Positions 1 to 8,133 of a stretch of DNA of 30,740 nucleotides are shown piece by piece. The stretch is from the NCBI GenBank assembly GCA_046597675.1, contig JBKJKB010000390.1, forward strand, positions 1-30,740. Direction: 5' to 3'. Positions within the stretch are counted from its first letter, which is position 1. Each line of letters opens with the position of its first letter. A program made the position numbers and the translations under genes. This DNA is from Gemmatimonadaceae bacterium. GTDB taxonomy: Bacteria > Gemmatimonadota > Gemmatimonadetes > Gemmatimonadales > Gemmatimonadaceae. Under the pieces are notes generated by a model. The model worked only from the letters and a program-made list of their open reading frames with translations, did no database searches and was not told the DNA's origin.

Positions 1-1260
1 CTCCGTGATGGCGCCGGAGTTGATCCCGCGCAGGAAGAAGTTGAGCAGCCCCTGACCCGTGGCCGCGTCGTCGAACACGTCGCCGACGAGCGTGGCCTGG
101 GCCGCCTTGCCCACGAAATTCCTGAGCCGTACACCCGCGGCGTCGATGCCGTCGAGGAAAAAGCTGTACAGCGCGGCGTAGCGCGTGACGAGCTGCGCCG
201 GGTGCAGGTCCCACCCCTGATAAAATCCGCCCGCGAGCGAATGACGCACGTCGTCGAAGTGCATGCGCCAGGCGGCATGCACGCTCGCGGCGTTGTCCGC
301 CTGCTGCGATTTCGTCAGAGCGGGTCCGCCCCTGGCCTCGCGGTGTACCGGCACCGGCATCACGGTGGTAGAGCCATCCGACAGCCACACATCGGTCCCG
401 GCAAAGGCTGCCTGCATGAAGTGCTTGGCGAACTCGCACGACGGGTGCTGCATCCGCTGGTGTGCCGCCGTGATGTTGATTCCGGCGGTGTAGTCATACG
501 TGCCGAAGTGCGCGCCACGCAGCCGGCCGTCCGTCACGTCCATCAATCGCGGCAACAGCGATCGTCCGCTCGCGTCGAGTACGATCTGCGGCGTCTCGAC
601 CATCGCCTCGAACTTGAGCATCCCGTCCGGGAAGCCAAGCTTCCGCTCGAGCTGCTTCAATACGGAGACGGTGAATTCCACCTGTTCGATGATCGTGATC
701 TTCGGAATCGTCACGATCCACCGATCCGGCAGGCCGCCGGTCCCCGCCATCGCGGTGTAAACGAGGTCCAACGTTCTGATGCTCCGGCCGCGCAGCTCCT
801 CGTTGAGCGGCTTAATCCGCATGCCGATGAACGGCGACAGAGTGCCGTCGCGCATTCCTTTCGCCAGCTCACTGGCCACGGTCGCCGCGTGACCGTCCTC
901 CTCGGCGTCCGGACGGTTCCCGTACCCGTCCTCGAAATCGATCCGGAAATCCTCGATCGGCTCGCGGGCCAGCTTGCCGCGAACGCGCTTGTCTATCGTC
1001 GCCAGAGCGGGATGATCGGAGATGTTCAGCGCGCGTCCGAGCGACGCCGGGTCGGGTCCATAAGTGTCCAGCGCGCGGAGCGCGACCGATCCGAGCTTGG
1101 AAACGGTATCGGCCGCGAACAGCTGCGCGCCTCCGTACACGGTGTGCACCGGCTGCCGTCCGGGGCCCTCGCCGGGGTGAGCCGTCGCGAATGCAAGATT
1201 GGCTTCGCGCAGGGCCGCGACTGCTTCAGCCAGCAGGCCGGAGTCCAGAGATGTCGTCAT
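1..1260 (-). CDS. DUF6986 / HpcH-HpaI aldolase-citrate lyase-like (PEP kinase-like TIM barrel) protein, truncated by the window edge
   Basis: Not in the ORF track because it runs off the window. Hand translation from ATG at 1260 gives MTTSLDSGLL...RQPVHTVYGGAQLF...RIDFEDGYGNRPDAEED...HFGTYDY...FYQGWDLHPAQL, motifs I recognise from this family. ATGA overlap with the deaminase stop. Confidence 0.85.
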   Translation of the reverse strand, partial: MTTSLDSGLLAEAVAALREANLAFATAHPGEGPGRQPVHTVYGGAQLFAADTVSKLGSVALRALDTYGPDPASLGRALNISDHPALATIDKRVRGKLAREPIEDFRIDFEDGYGNRPDAEEDGHAATVASELAKGMRDGTLSPFIGMRIKPLNEELRGRSIRTLDLVYTAMAGTGGLPDRWIVTIPKITIIEQVEFTVSVLKQLERKLGFPDGMLKFEAMVETPQIVLDASGRSLLPRLMDVTDGRLRGAHFGTYDYTAGINITAAHQRMQHPSCEFAKHFMQAAFAGTDVWLSDGSTTVMPVPVHREARGGPALTKSQQADNAASVHAAWRMHFDDVRHSLAGGFYQGWDLHPAQLVTRYAALYSFFLDGIDAAGVRLRNFVGKAAQATLVGDVFDDAATGQGLLNFFLRGINSGAITE

Positions 1261-1838
1261 CCGTTGTAAACCTTGCCGCCCCCGGCACGGTACAGCTCGA
1301 GCACTTCACGCGCTTCTTTGCGCAGCATGTTGCGTTCTATGGTTATTCCCCGATCCTCGAGATATTTGTACGACTGCGGAAACACGGGCCCTTCCTCGAA
1401 GTTGAGCAGCGACGCGTCTTCGCGCGCGGCGCCGTACACCACGCGGCGCACGCCGCTCCAGAGCGTGGCGCCGAGGCACATCGCGCAGGGCTCGCAGGAG
1501 GTGAACAGCTCATGCGGGGGAAGGCCGGGCGAGTTCAGCGTGAACGAGCCCACCCGCTGCTGCGCCAGCATGAACGCGACTATCTCCGCGTGCAGCGCGC
1601 AGTTGTTGTGGCGGACCACGCTGTTCATCCCGACGGAGACCAGCTTTCCGCTCGCCTGGTCGAAGATGGCCGCGCCGAACGGCCCGCCGGTCCCGCGCTC
1701 GACGTTCTCGCGCGAAACGGCGATGGCGAGCGACATTCGCTCGCTGTCGGTGCGGTAGGTCCGGCGCCAGTCCACGACGGAATCCACCCAGTCGGGGTAC
1801 TCCACGTGGACCACGGGGTGTTTACGGTCTTGTTTCAC
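1257..1838 (-). CDS. Zn-dependent nucleoside/nucleobase deaminase (cytidine-deaminase fold, GuaD-like)
   Basis: GGPFGAAIF, HAE and CEPCAMC zinc motifs. Likely start GTG at 1838 (193 aa). The ORF-track extension to 2138 overlaps the divergent adh gene and is probably not translated. Confidence 0.88.
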   Translation of the reverse strand: MKQDRKHPVVHVEYPDWVDSVVDWRRTYRTDSERMSLAIAVSRENVERGTGGPFGAAIFDQASGKLVSVGMNSVVRHNNCALHAEIVAFMLAQQRVGSFTLNSPGLPPHELFTSCEPCAMCLGATLWSGVRRVVYGAAREDASLLNFEEGPVFPQSYKYLEDRGITIERNMLRKEAREVLELYRAGGGKVYNG

Positions 1839-1925
1839 AGCGGGGAATGTTGTCGCTTTGAGAAGCTCCGCGAAAGGCGGCGGAGGCGTGAATTTTGGGG
1901 AACGGAAATAGCACTCAGGCAATCC

Positions 1926-2984
1926 ATGATAAAAACACACTCCTACGCCGCGCCATCCAAGACGGCGCCCCTTGGTCCGCTCGCCATCGACCGGCGCGAG
2001 CCCGGACCGCACGACGTTCTGATCGACATCAGCTTCTGTGGCGTCTGCCACTCCGATATCCACCAGGTGCGCGACGAGTGGGGCGGCTCGATTTATCCGA
2101 TGGTCCCAGGCCATGAGATCGTCGGAACGGTCGCACAAGCCGGTGATAGTGTCACGCGCTGGAAAGTCGGGGACGTCGTCGGCGTAGGCTGCTTCGTAGA
2201 CTCATGCCGCGAGTGCGCGGCGTGTGAGGCAGGCGAGGAACAGTACTGCGAGAACGGAATGACCCCGACATACAACGGGCGCGAGCGCGACGGAAAGACT
2301 CCCACGTTCGGAGGCTACTCCACGCGCGTAACCGTCAACGAGGATTACGTCGTCCGGATCCCCGAGGGGATTCCGCTCGAGGGAGCGGCCCCGCTCCTCT
2401 GTGCCGGCATTACGACGTACTCGCCGTTGCGGCACTTCGGCGTGAAAGCGGGTGACAAAGTCGCGATCGTCGGGCTTGGCGGGCTCGGTCACATGGGCGT
2501 GAAGATCGCGAAGGCGATGGGCGCCCACGTCACGGTGCTGAGCCACTCGCCGGGGAAGCGTGACGACGCGCTAAAGCTCGGCGCGGACGACTTCCTGGCG
2601 ACCGGCGACTCCGGGGTGTTCGCGCAGAACAAGAACCGGTTCGATTTCATACTCGACACAGTCTCCGCGGCGCACGATTACAACTCCTATCTGCGAATGC
2701 TCCGGCTCGACGGGACGATGGTGCTGGTAGGAATTCCAGAGCCGACGCCAGTCTCCGCGGGACCGCTGGTCTCTCGCCGACGCAGCCTGGCGGGATCATC
2801 GATCGGTGGCATTCGCGAGACGCAGGAGATGCTGGACTTCTGCGCCGAGCATGGTCTGCAGGCGGACGTCGAAGTCATCCCGATCGAGCAGATCAATGAA
2901 GCCTACGAGCGGATGCTGCGGAGTGACGTGCGCTACCGGTTCGTGATCGACACCTCGACTCTTTCAAGGGATCAGAGTCGTTGA
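1926..2984 (+). CDS. NAD(P)-dependent Zn alcohol dehydrogenase (cinnamyl-ADH / YahK-AdhC type)
   Basis: FCGVCHSDIH, GHEIVG, CRECAACEAGEEQYC, PLLCAGITTYSPL, GLGGLGHMGVK, DVRYRFVID. Start ATG at 1926 (352 aa). Confidence 0.95.
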   Translation: MIKTHSYAAPSKTAPLGPLAIDRREPGPHDVLIDISFCGVCHSDIHQVRDEWGGSIYPMVPGHEIVGTVAQAGDSVTRWKVGDVVGVGCFVDSCRECAACEAGEEQYCENGMTPTYNGRERDGKTPTFGGYSTRVTVNEDYVVRIPEGIPLEGAAPLLCAGITTYSPLRHFGVKAGDKVAIVGLGGLGHMGVKIAKAMGAHVTVLSHSPGKRDDALKLGADDFLATGDSGVFAQNKNRFDFILDTVSAAHDYNSYLRMLRLDGTMVLVGIPEPTPVSAGPLVSRRRSLAGSSIGGIRETQEMLDFCAEHGLQADVEVIPIEQINEAYERMLRSDVRYRFVIDTSTLSRDQSR

Positions 2985-3325
2985 CGCAGATCCCAGCGAC
3001 CACGCCTGAGCGATTCTTCGAGGTCGACATCCGGGTAGGACGGGTTCTGGCCGCCGAGGCTTTTCCCGAGGCGAGAAAACCGGCGCTCAAGCTGACGATC
3101 GATTTTGGCGAGATCGGGATCAAGCGATCGAGCGCGCAGCTGACGCTACACTACAAGCCCGAGGATCTCGTGGGAAAGCTGGTCGTCGGAGTCGTGAACT
3201 TCCCGCCGCGGCAGATCGGGCCGTTCATATCGGAAGTGCTGGTGCTCGGCGCGTGCCCTGCGCCCAACGATGTCGTTTTGCTCCGCCCGGATTCCGACGT
3301 CGCTCCGGGCACGCGTATCGCCTGA
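2981..3325 (+). CDS. csaA: tRNA-binding / export chaperone CsaA (Trbp111 OB fold)
   Basis: DIRVGRV, FPEARKPALKL, SSAQLT, VVNFPPRQIGPFISEVLVLG. TTGA overlap with the adh stop. Confidence 0.9.
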   Translation: MTQIPATTPERFFEVDIRVGRVLAAEAFPEARKPALKLTIDFGEIGIKRSSAQLTLHYKPEDLVGKLVVGVVNFPPRQIGPFISEVLVLGACPAPNDVVLLRPDSDVAPGTRIA

Positions 3326-3340
3326 TCGCTCGGACGCGAT

Positions 3341-3988
3341 TCAGCGTGCCTCGTCGCCACCCTCATCGTGAATGTGGCCAAGCGAGCAGCTCCGTGCCAC
3401 GATTGCTTCGACGGCAGGCCAGAGCGCGGGCAGCGCCGTTCGGATCGGCTCCATCCTCCGGAGCACCTGGGCGCGGCTCACTCCGTGCGCGATCCAGCTT
3501 CCGCCGTTCGAATGATGATTGTTGAGCAGTGGCTGAAGGCGATCGAGCGCGACCGCGACCCGCGCTTCGGGTGTGGTCTGCGCCTCGAACTCATCCCACA
3601 GCGCGCGCAGCTCGCGGCCCTGCTGCAGCGGGAGCAATCCAAAGATGCGCTCGGCGGCGCGCAGCTCGCGCTCTTCGCGGTCCATATTTGCGGCCGCATC
3701 GTACGCGAACGTGTCACCGGCGTCGATCTCCACCAAGTCGTGTACGAGCAGCATGCGCAGCACGCGCGCGGCGTCCACCGCATCGGCGGCATGCTCGGCC
3801 AGCACCGCCGCCATGAGCCCGAGATGCCACGAATGCTCGGCGCTGTTCTCCCGGCGGGAGCCATCGCAGAGCGTCGTCTGACGCAGCACGCTCTTGAGGC
3901 GATCGGCCTCCACGAGAAACGCGAGCTGCTGCTCGAGGCCTGACGCGCTCGCGCCGGCTGCAGCCGGCTGGTGGTCATTTGCGCTCAC
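3341..3988 (-). CDS. HD-domain phosphohydrolase (HDDC2/YGK1-like, putative 5'-nucleotidase)
   Basis: LKSVLRQT, RENSAEHSWH, HDLVEIDAGD and LDRLQP motifs. GTGA overlap with the queG stop. Confidence 0.9.
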   Translation of the reverse strand: MSANDHQPAAAGASASGLEQQLAFLVEADRLKSVLRQTTLCDGSRRENSAEHSWHLGLMAAVLAEHAADAVDAARVLRMLLVHDLVEIDAGDTFAYDAAANMDREERELRAAERIFGLLPLQQGRELRALWDEFEAQTTPEARVAVALDRLQPLLNNHHSNGGSWIAHGVSRAQVLRRMEPIRTALPALWPAVEAIVARSCSLGHIHDEGGDEAR

Positions 3989-4926
3989 AGGTCTTCTCGC
4001 ATTCCGACATTGCCAAGCACGACAGCCGAGTTGCGCTGCAGCCCCCTGAGCTTCGCGCGCTTCATCGGCGAATTCCTGAATGCGGCGCGGAATGACTCGT
4101 CGTCCATCGCGAGAATATCCCGCGCGAGCGTCCGGGCGTTTTTGCCTCCGATCGATTCACGCGGCGCGAAAGCAGCTTCGCGCGCGTCCAAGGAGAATCT
4201 GACGTTCCAGGGACAGACGTCCTGGCAGATATCGCAACCGTAGACGTTTGCGCCCACGCCCGCGTGCAGCTCCTCGGGAATGTCGCCCTTCAGCTCGATG
4301 GTGAGGTACGAGATGCAGCGCGTGGCGTCGAGCACGTGCGGCGCCACGAACGCGTCCGTCGGACACGCATCGAGGCAGCGAGTGCAGGTCCCGCAGCGGT
4401 CGGCCTCGAAGGGCGCGTCCGGCGCGAGCTCGACATCCAGCAGCAGTGCGCCGATGAAAAAGAACGAGCCCATCTCCGGATTGATGAGCATCGTGTTCCT
4501 GCCGAACCAGCCGAGCCCGGCTTTGCGGGCGAGGTCACGCTCGAGAATCGGTCCGGTGTCCACGTACGCCTTGCCGGCAACGTCACGTCCAAGCTCGGCG
4601 TTCAACCATGCGTGCAGCGCGCGAAGCCGTTCCGTCATGACGTCGTGGTAATCGTCGCCGCGGGCGTACCTCGCAACGGGGCCGGCGGGCGCGGTGCCTC
4701 CGTAGTTCATTCCGACGACGACGGCGGAGCTGACGTTCGCGAACACACGGCGCGGATCGCCACGTTTGTCGGCGCCACGCTCCAGGTACGACATGTCACC
4801 GGCGAAGCCGCGCGCCAGCCATTCGTCGAACAGCGGAGCCGTCTCCGCAGGGCCAAGCCGCGCGACCCCCACGAGATCGAAGCCGAGCGCGCGGGCCTGC
4901 GATTTGAGTCTCTCTTCGATCCTCAT
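3985..4926 (-). CDS. queG: tRNA epoxyqueuosine(34) reductase QueG
   Basis: RYARGDDYH, VDTGPILER, AGLGWFGRN, CGTCTRCLDACPT, CISYLTIE, GCDICQDVCPWN (two 4Fe-4S clusters). Confidence 0.95.
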   Translation of the reverse strand: MRIEERLKSQARALGFDLVGVARLGPAETAPLFDEWLARGFAGDMSYLERGADKRGDPRRVFANVSSAVVVGMNYGGTAPAGPVARYARGDDYHDVMTERLRALHAWLNAELGRDVAGKAYVDTGPILERDLARKAGLGWFGRNTMLINPEMGSFFFIGALLLDVELAPDAPFEADRCGTCTRCLDACPTDAFVAPHVLDATRCISYLTIELKGDIPEELHAGVGANVYGCDICQDVCPWNVRFSLDAREAAFAPRESIGGKNARTLARDILAMDDESFRAAFRNSPMKRAKLRGLQRNSAVVLGNVGMREDL

Positions 4927-5171
4927 GGCTCCGACACCGACCAGAGTGCGTAGCGCTCGGCGTCGCGCGCCGGAGGCACGGCGGCGTGATCACCGTACGC
5001 GGTGTGCATCCGCCAGCGAACGTAAGTTCGATCCGGAAGCGGGAGGAACGGGAATCGCTTATACCATCCCCGACGGCGAAATCGCCACGCCACCCTGGTC
5101 AGAGCGATGGCGAGGCGCGGCCGGCGGATCGAGCGTGCGGCCAGGCTACCGGTCAGGCGCAACCACTGCAT
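4923..5171 (-). CDS. Small basic hypothetical protein (82 aa)
   Basis: Fills the gap in operon orientation with an ATGA overlap into queG. Protein-like sequence (RFPFLPLPDRTYVRWRMHTAYG). A TAAGTT box lies 5 nt before the ATG. Confidence 0.72.
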   Translation of the reverse strand: MQWLRLTGSLAARSIRRPRLAIALTRVAWRFRRRGWYKRFPFLPLPDRTYVRWRMHTAYGDHAAVPPARDAERYALWSVSEP

Positions 5172-5176
5172 GATTG

Positions 5177-5182
5177 AACTTA
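5177..5182 (-). promoter_or_regulatory. Putative -10 box of a leaderless promoter for the small ORF-queG-HD operon
   Basis: TAAGTT-caatc-ATG (5-nt spacer). Confidence 0.5.
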
Positions 5183-5188
5183 AGTGAT

Positions 5189-5671
5189 ATGGCTTCCCAA
5201 CATCTGATCGGCCTCATCTCCGACACGCACGGCCTGCTCCGTCCCGACGTGCACGACGCGCTGGCGGGCGTCGAGCTGATCCTGCACGCGGGGGACGTGG
5301 GCGGCGAGGAGATTCTGCACGAGCTGCGGACGATCGCCCCGGCGTTCGCGGTTCGCGGCAACACCGACGCGCCGGCCCATTATTTCGAGACCGAGATAGT
5401 CAGAGAGATCGGCGGCCTGAGCATTCATGTGAGTCACGGGCATGAAGTCGGGCGGCTGACTCCGGACCGGCTGCTGGCGCGGTACCCGCAGGACATTCTG
5501 GTCTACGGTCACACGCACAAGCAGTTCCTGCTCGAGTGGGAAGGCCGGATCGTCGTGAACCCTGGTGCCGCGGGTCAGCGCCGGTTCGATCTCGCGCCCA
5601 CCGTCGCTCGACTGCGGATCGCCGGCGGTGTTGCCGACGTGCAGTTCGTGTCGCTGGGCTACACCGAATAG
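5189..5671 (+). CDS. Metallophosphoesterase, YfcE/MJ0936 family
   Basis: LISDTHG, LHAGDVG, VRGNTD, SHGH, YGHTHK, NPGAAG. Start ATG at 5189 preferred over TTG at 5174. Confidence 0.93.
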   Translation: MASQHLIGLISDTHGLLRPDVHDALAGVELILHAGDVGGEEILHELRTIAPAFAVRGNTDAPAHYFETEIVREIGGLSIHVSHGHEVGRLTPDRLLARYPQDILVYGHTHKQFLLEWEGRIVVNPGAAGQRRFDLAPTVARLRIAGGVADVQFVSLGYTE

Positions 5672-5684
5672 CGCGGCCACGGTT

Positions 5685-7094
5685 TCAACGATTCTGACCC
5701 CGTGAGCGGCCTTCGAGGCCGGGCGGGTGCGGGACAGACAGGGCGTCGAGCGCGATCGGCATCAGGTCAACGGTTCGTAACGGAGCGCTCACCAGAGGCT
5801 TGCTCGCGAGCAGCGGGACCAGCATGTGATCGCGGTGGAGCGCGCCGTGCGACGACACGTGCGGTATCGGCTCGAAGCCGGCGCGAAGATCCCAGTCGCG
5901 CGTGGCGGACAGGATGATGTCACCCGAGCGCGGCGAGCGCGCGATTCGCCCGATCTGGACGAGCGCGTCCGGGTACTCGCCTCCGATCGTGAGCGCGTGT
6001 GATTCGTCGGCACTGATGCCGACGCGCTCTCCGATTCCGAGGGGATCACCGGTGCCCGGCCGATACGAGTAGGTATCGTCGCTCCATTCCAGCATCGCGT
6101 TGCCGGCAGAGCGCGAACGGATTTCGCACCGCGTCTCGCCATACGGTAGCAGCAATAAATCCGTCGAATCGCGCGCAAGAAGACCTGCAACGAGTCCGCT
6201 CCACTCGGACGCGAGCGAGGGCCACCACCGCCGGCATCGCGTCTCGAGATCGACATACAGGTGGGCCATCGCGTTGCCGCTCACCATCACCGCGGTGCGT
6301 GGATCGCGGGTGAAGATCCATGGATGCGCAATCGGACGGTGGCCGAGCTGCTGCAGCACTCCGGCGAGGTCCTCGTGGGAATCGATGGGCGTGTGCCCGT
6401 GATCGCTCACCACCCAGAGGTGCGTCGCGTCCCACCTGCCGACGGCCTCCAGGTCGCGTCGCATCTCCGCGATGGTCTCGTCCACGATGCGGAGCGCCGC
6501 GATGATGTCATCCGAGCCATGACCGCGCGCGTGTGAGACCTTGTCCACGCCCGTGAACGCCGCGAAAACGAAGTCGGGCTTGAGCTCGCGCGCCTTGGCC
6601 ACGAGCCGGCGCGAGACGTAGCGATCGATCGCGAGCCAGCCCTCGACGTTGCCGCGAAAGTGCGTCCACGCGGTGCGGGCCGCGAACGCGGGACCGCGCG
6701 TGAAGCAGCGCGACGGGTGCAAGCCGCGCGTGACGACGCTCATCGCCGCGAGCGAATTCGGGATCAGCTCAAACATCGTTTTTGATGCGAAGTCGAGATC
6801 CTGATCCACCAGGCGCATGTCGATGCCGACATAGCTGCGCGAGTGTCCCGGCCCGGCGCAGTCCTTGCGCGAGCGGTCGTACCAGCGGAGCCCGGGCATC
6901 CCTACGGACCCCGGGTGTTTGCCCATCAGGAATGGCGTATACGCCGGCCCCGTAACGGACGGGAAAACGGACGTGATCTCGTGCAGGCCGCCTTCCTCCA
7001 GCATGCGTGCCATGGCGGGGAGCGCGCCCGATCCGATTGCGGCTCGAAGGGTGTCGGTGCGGACGCCGTCGGCGACGAGGATTATTATCGGCAA
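5685..7094 (-). CDS. Alkaline phosphatase superfamily / nucleotide pyrophosphatase-phosphodiesterase-like protein
   Basis: ILVADGVR, FPSVTGPAY (nucleophile Thr), DKVSH, SDHG and SSHGALH metal ligands. Start uncertain (TTG at 7094). The ORF-track extension to 7763 overlaps the LOG gene on the opposite strand. Confidence 0.85.
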   Translation of the reverse strand: MPIIILVADGVRTDTLRAAIGSGALPAMARMLEEGGLHEITSVFPSVTGPAYTPFLMGKHPGSVGMPGLRWYDRSRKDCAGPGHSRSYVGIDMRLVDQDLDFASKTMFELIPNSLAAMSVVTRGLHPSRCFTRGPAFAARTAWTHFRGNVEGWLAIDRYVSRRLVAKARELKPDFVFAAFTGVDKVSHARGHGSDDIIAALRIVDETIAEMRRDLEAVGRWDATHLWVVSDHGHTPIDSHEDLAGVLQQLGHRPIAHPWIFTRDPRTAVMVSGNAMAHLYVDLETRCRRWWPSLASEWSGLVAGLLARDSTDLLLLPYGETRCEIRSRSAGNAMLEWSDDTYSYRPGTGDPLGIGERVGISADESHALTIGGEYPDALVQIGRIARSPRSGDIILSATRDWDLRAGFEPIPHVSSHGALHRDHMLVPLLASKPLVSAPLRTVDLMPIALDALSVPHPPGLEGRSRGQNR

Positions 7095-7128
7095 TAGATT
7101 CCGGCCACGTACTCCAGCCTGCAACGAG

Positions 7129-8097
7129 ATGACGAAGAAACGAAAAGATACCGCAAAGCCGAAGACACACCGCAAGAAGCCGACGGCCGGCAGCAAGAAG
7201 CCGGCGACCCGTCGCAAGACGGGCGCGCGCACAACGACCGGAAAGCCGATGAACCCGGCGGTGCTCGCATCGGCGGAAGAGTCATCGCTTGCCGGATTGA
7301 AGGAGCGCACCGAGATCGGCCACATGAAGGCCGGTCGCACGCCGCCGTCGCAGATCGAAGGCGCCAGACAGGCGGGCGCGACCCGAATCATCGACGAAGC
7401 TATCCGCGACCACGTCGTCGAGACGGAAGACGAGAAGCTGCTGCAGCATCCGCACGCCGAAGGGGATTTCGTCAAAAGCGATCCGTGGCGTGTGCTGCGG
7501 ATCATGAGCGAATTCATCGAAGGGTTCGACGTGCTCGCCAAAACCGAGAAGGGCGTGGCGGTTTTCGGCTCGGCGCGCGTCGGACCGGACGATCCGCAGT
7601 ACGGAAAGGCGGTCGAAGTCTCGCGGTTACTCGCGCAGGCCGGTTTTTCGATCATCACCGGCGCCGGCCCTGGGATCATGGAAGCGGCGAACAAGGGCGC
7701 GCGGCTTGGCGGCGGCCCATCCATCGGCTGCAACATCGAGCTCCCGTTCGAGCAGGGTGCCAACCCCTACGTCGACACGCTCGTGAACTTCCGCTACTTC
7801 TTCGTGCGGAAGACGATGTTCATCAAGTACTCGTCGGCGTTCATAATTTTCCCCGGCGGATTCGGCACGCTGGACGAGCTGTTCGAGGCGGTCACGCTTA
7901 TCCAGACGGGGAAGATCTACCAGTTCCCGGTGATCCTCATGGGGCGCCACTACTGGGCGGGGCTGCTGCGCTGGCTGAACACGCGCGTACTGGTGGAGAA
8001 AAAGATCGCGCCGGGCGATCTGGATCTGCTTTTTCTCACCGATGATCCGGAAGAAGCCGCGCAAGCGGTGATTACTGCCTTCAATGCCAAGAGGTAG
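7129..8097 (+). CDS. LOG family (TIGR00730) nucleotide phosphoribohydrolase with a basic N-terminal extension
   Basis: DPWRVLRIMSEF, VFGSAR, ITGAGPGIMEAAN, YFFVRKTMF, FPGGFGTLDELFE. Start ATG at 7129; ATGs at 7249 and 7324 are alternatives. Confidence 0.9.
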   Translation: MTKKRKDTAKPKTHRKKPTAGSKKPATRRKTGARTTTGKPMNPAVLASAEESSLAGLKERTEIGHMKAGRTPPSQIEGARQAGATRIIDEAIRDHVVETEDEKLLQHPHAEGDFVKSDPWRVLRIMSEFIEGFDVLAKTEKGVAVFGSARVGPDDPQYGKAVEVSRLLAQAGFSIITGAGPGIMEAANKGARLGGGPSIGCNIELPFEQGANPYVDTLVNFRYFFVRKTMFIKYSSAFIIFPGGFGTLDELFEAVTLIQTGKIYQFPVILMGRHYWAGLLRWLNTRVLVEKKIAPGDLDLLFLTDDPEEAAQAVITAFNAKR

Positions 8098-8133
8098 GTT
8101 GTTGGTGATTACCCCTGACTAATCGCTGCCGTC

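Noticed and set aside
202-1269. 355-aa plus-strand ORF
   Set aside because: Antisense shadow of the DUF6986 gene, which has clear family motifs; this translation has none.
1257-1838. Deaminase as an anti-phage or toxin deaminase
   Set aside because: Ordinary GuaD-like motifs, a metabolic neighbour, and no defence, kinase or immunity genes nearby.
1191-1925. 245-aa N-terminal extension making the alcohol dehydrogenase look like a 597-aa fusion
   Set aside because: It overlaps the deaminase on the opposite strand and has no domain features; the ADH begins at ATG 1926.
3478-3987. Possible TGA read-through (selenocysteine or otherwise) extending QueG
   Set aside because: The in-frame downstream sequence (AQMTTSRLQPARARQASSSS...) does not resemble a QueG C-terminus and is just an alternative frame of the HD gene.
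8088-8121. Degenerate gtgatta / gtgatta / ctgacta heptamer-like words near the LOG stop
   Set aside because: Not tandem, not in 7-bp phase and no palindrome; could be chance.
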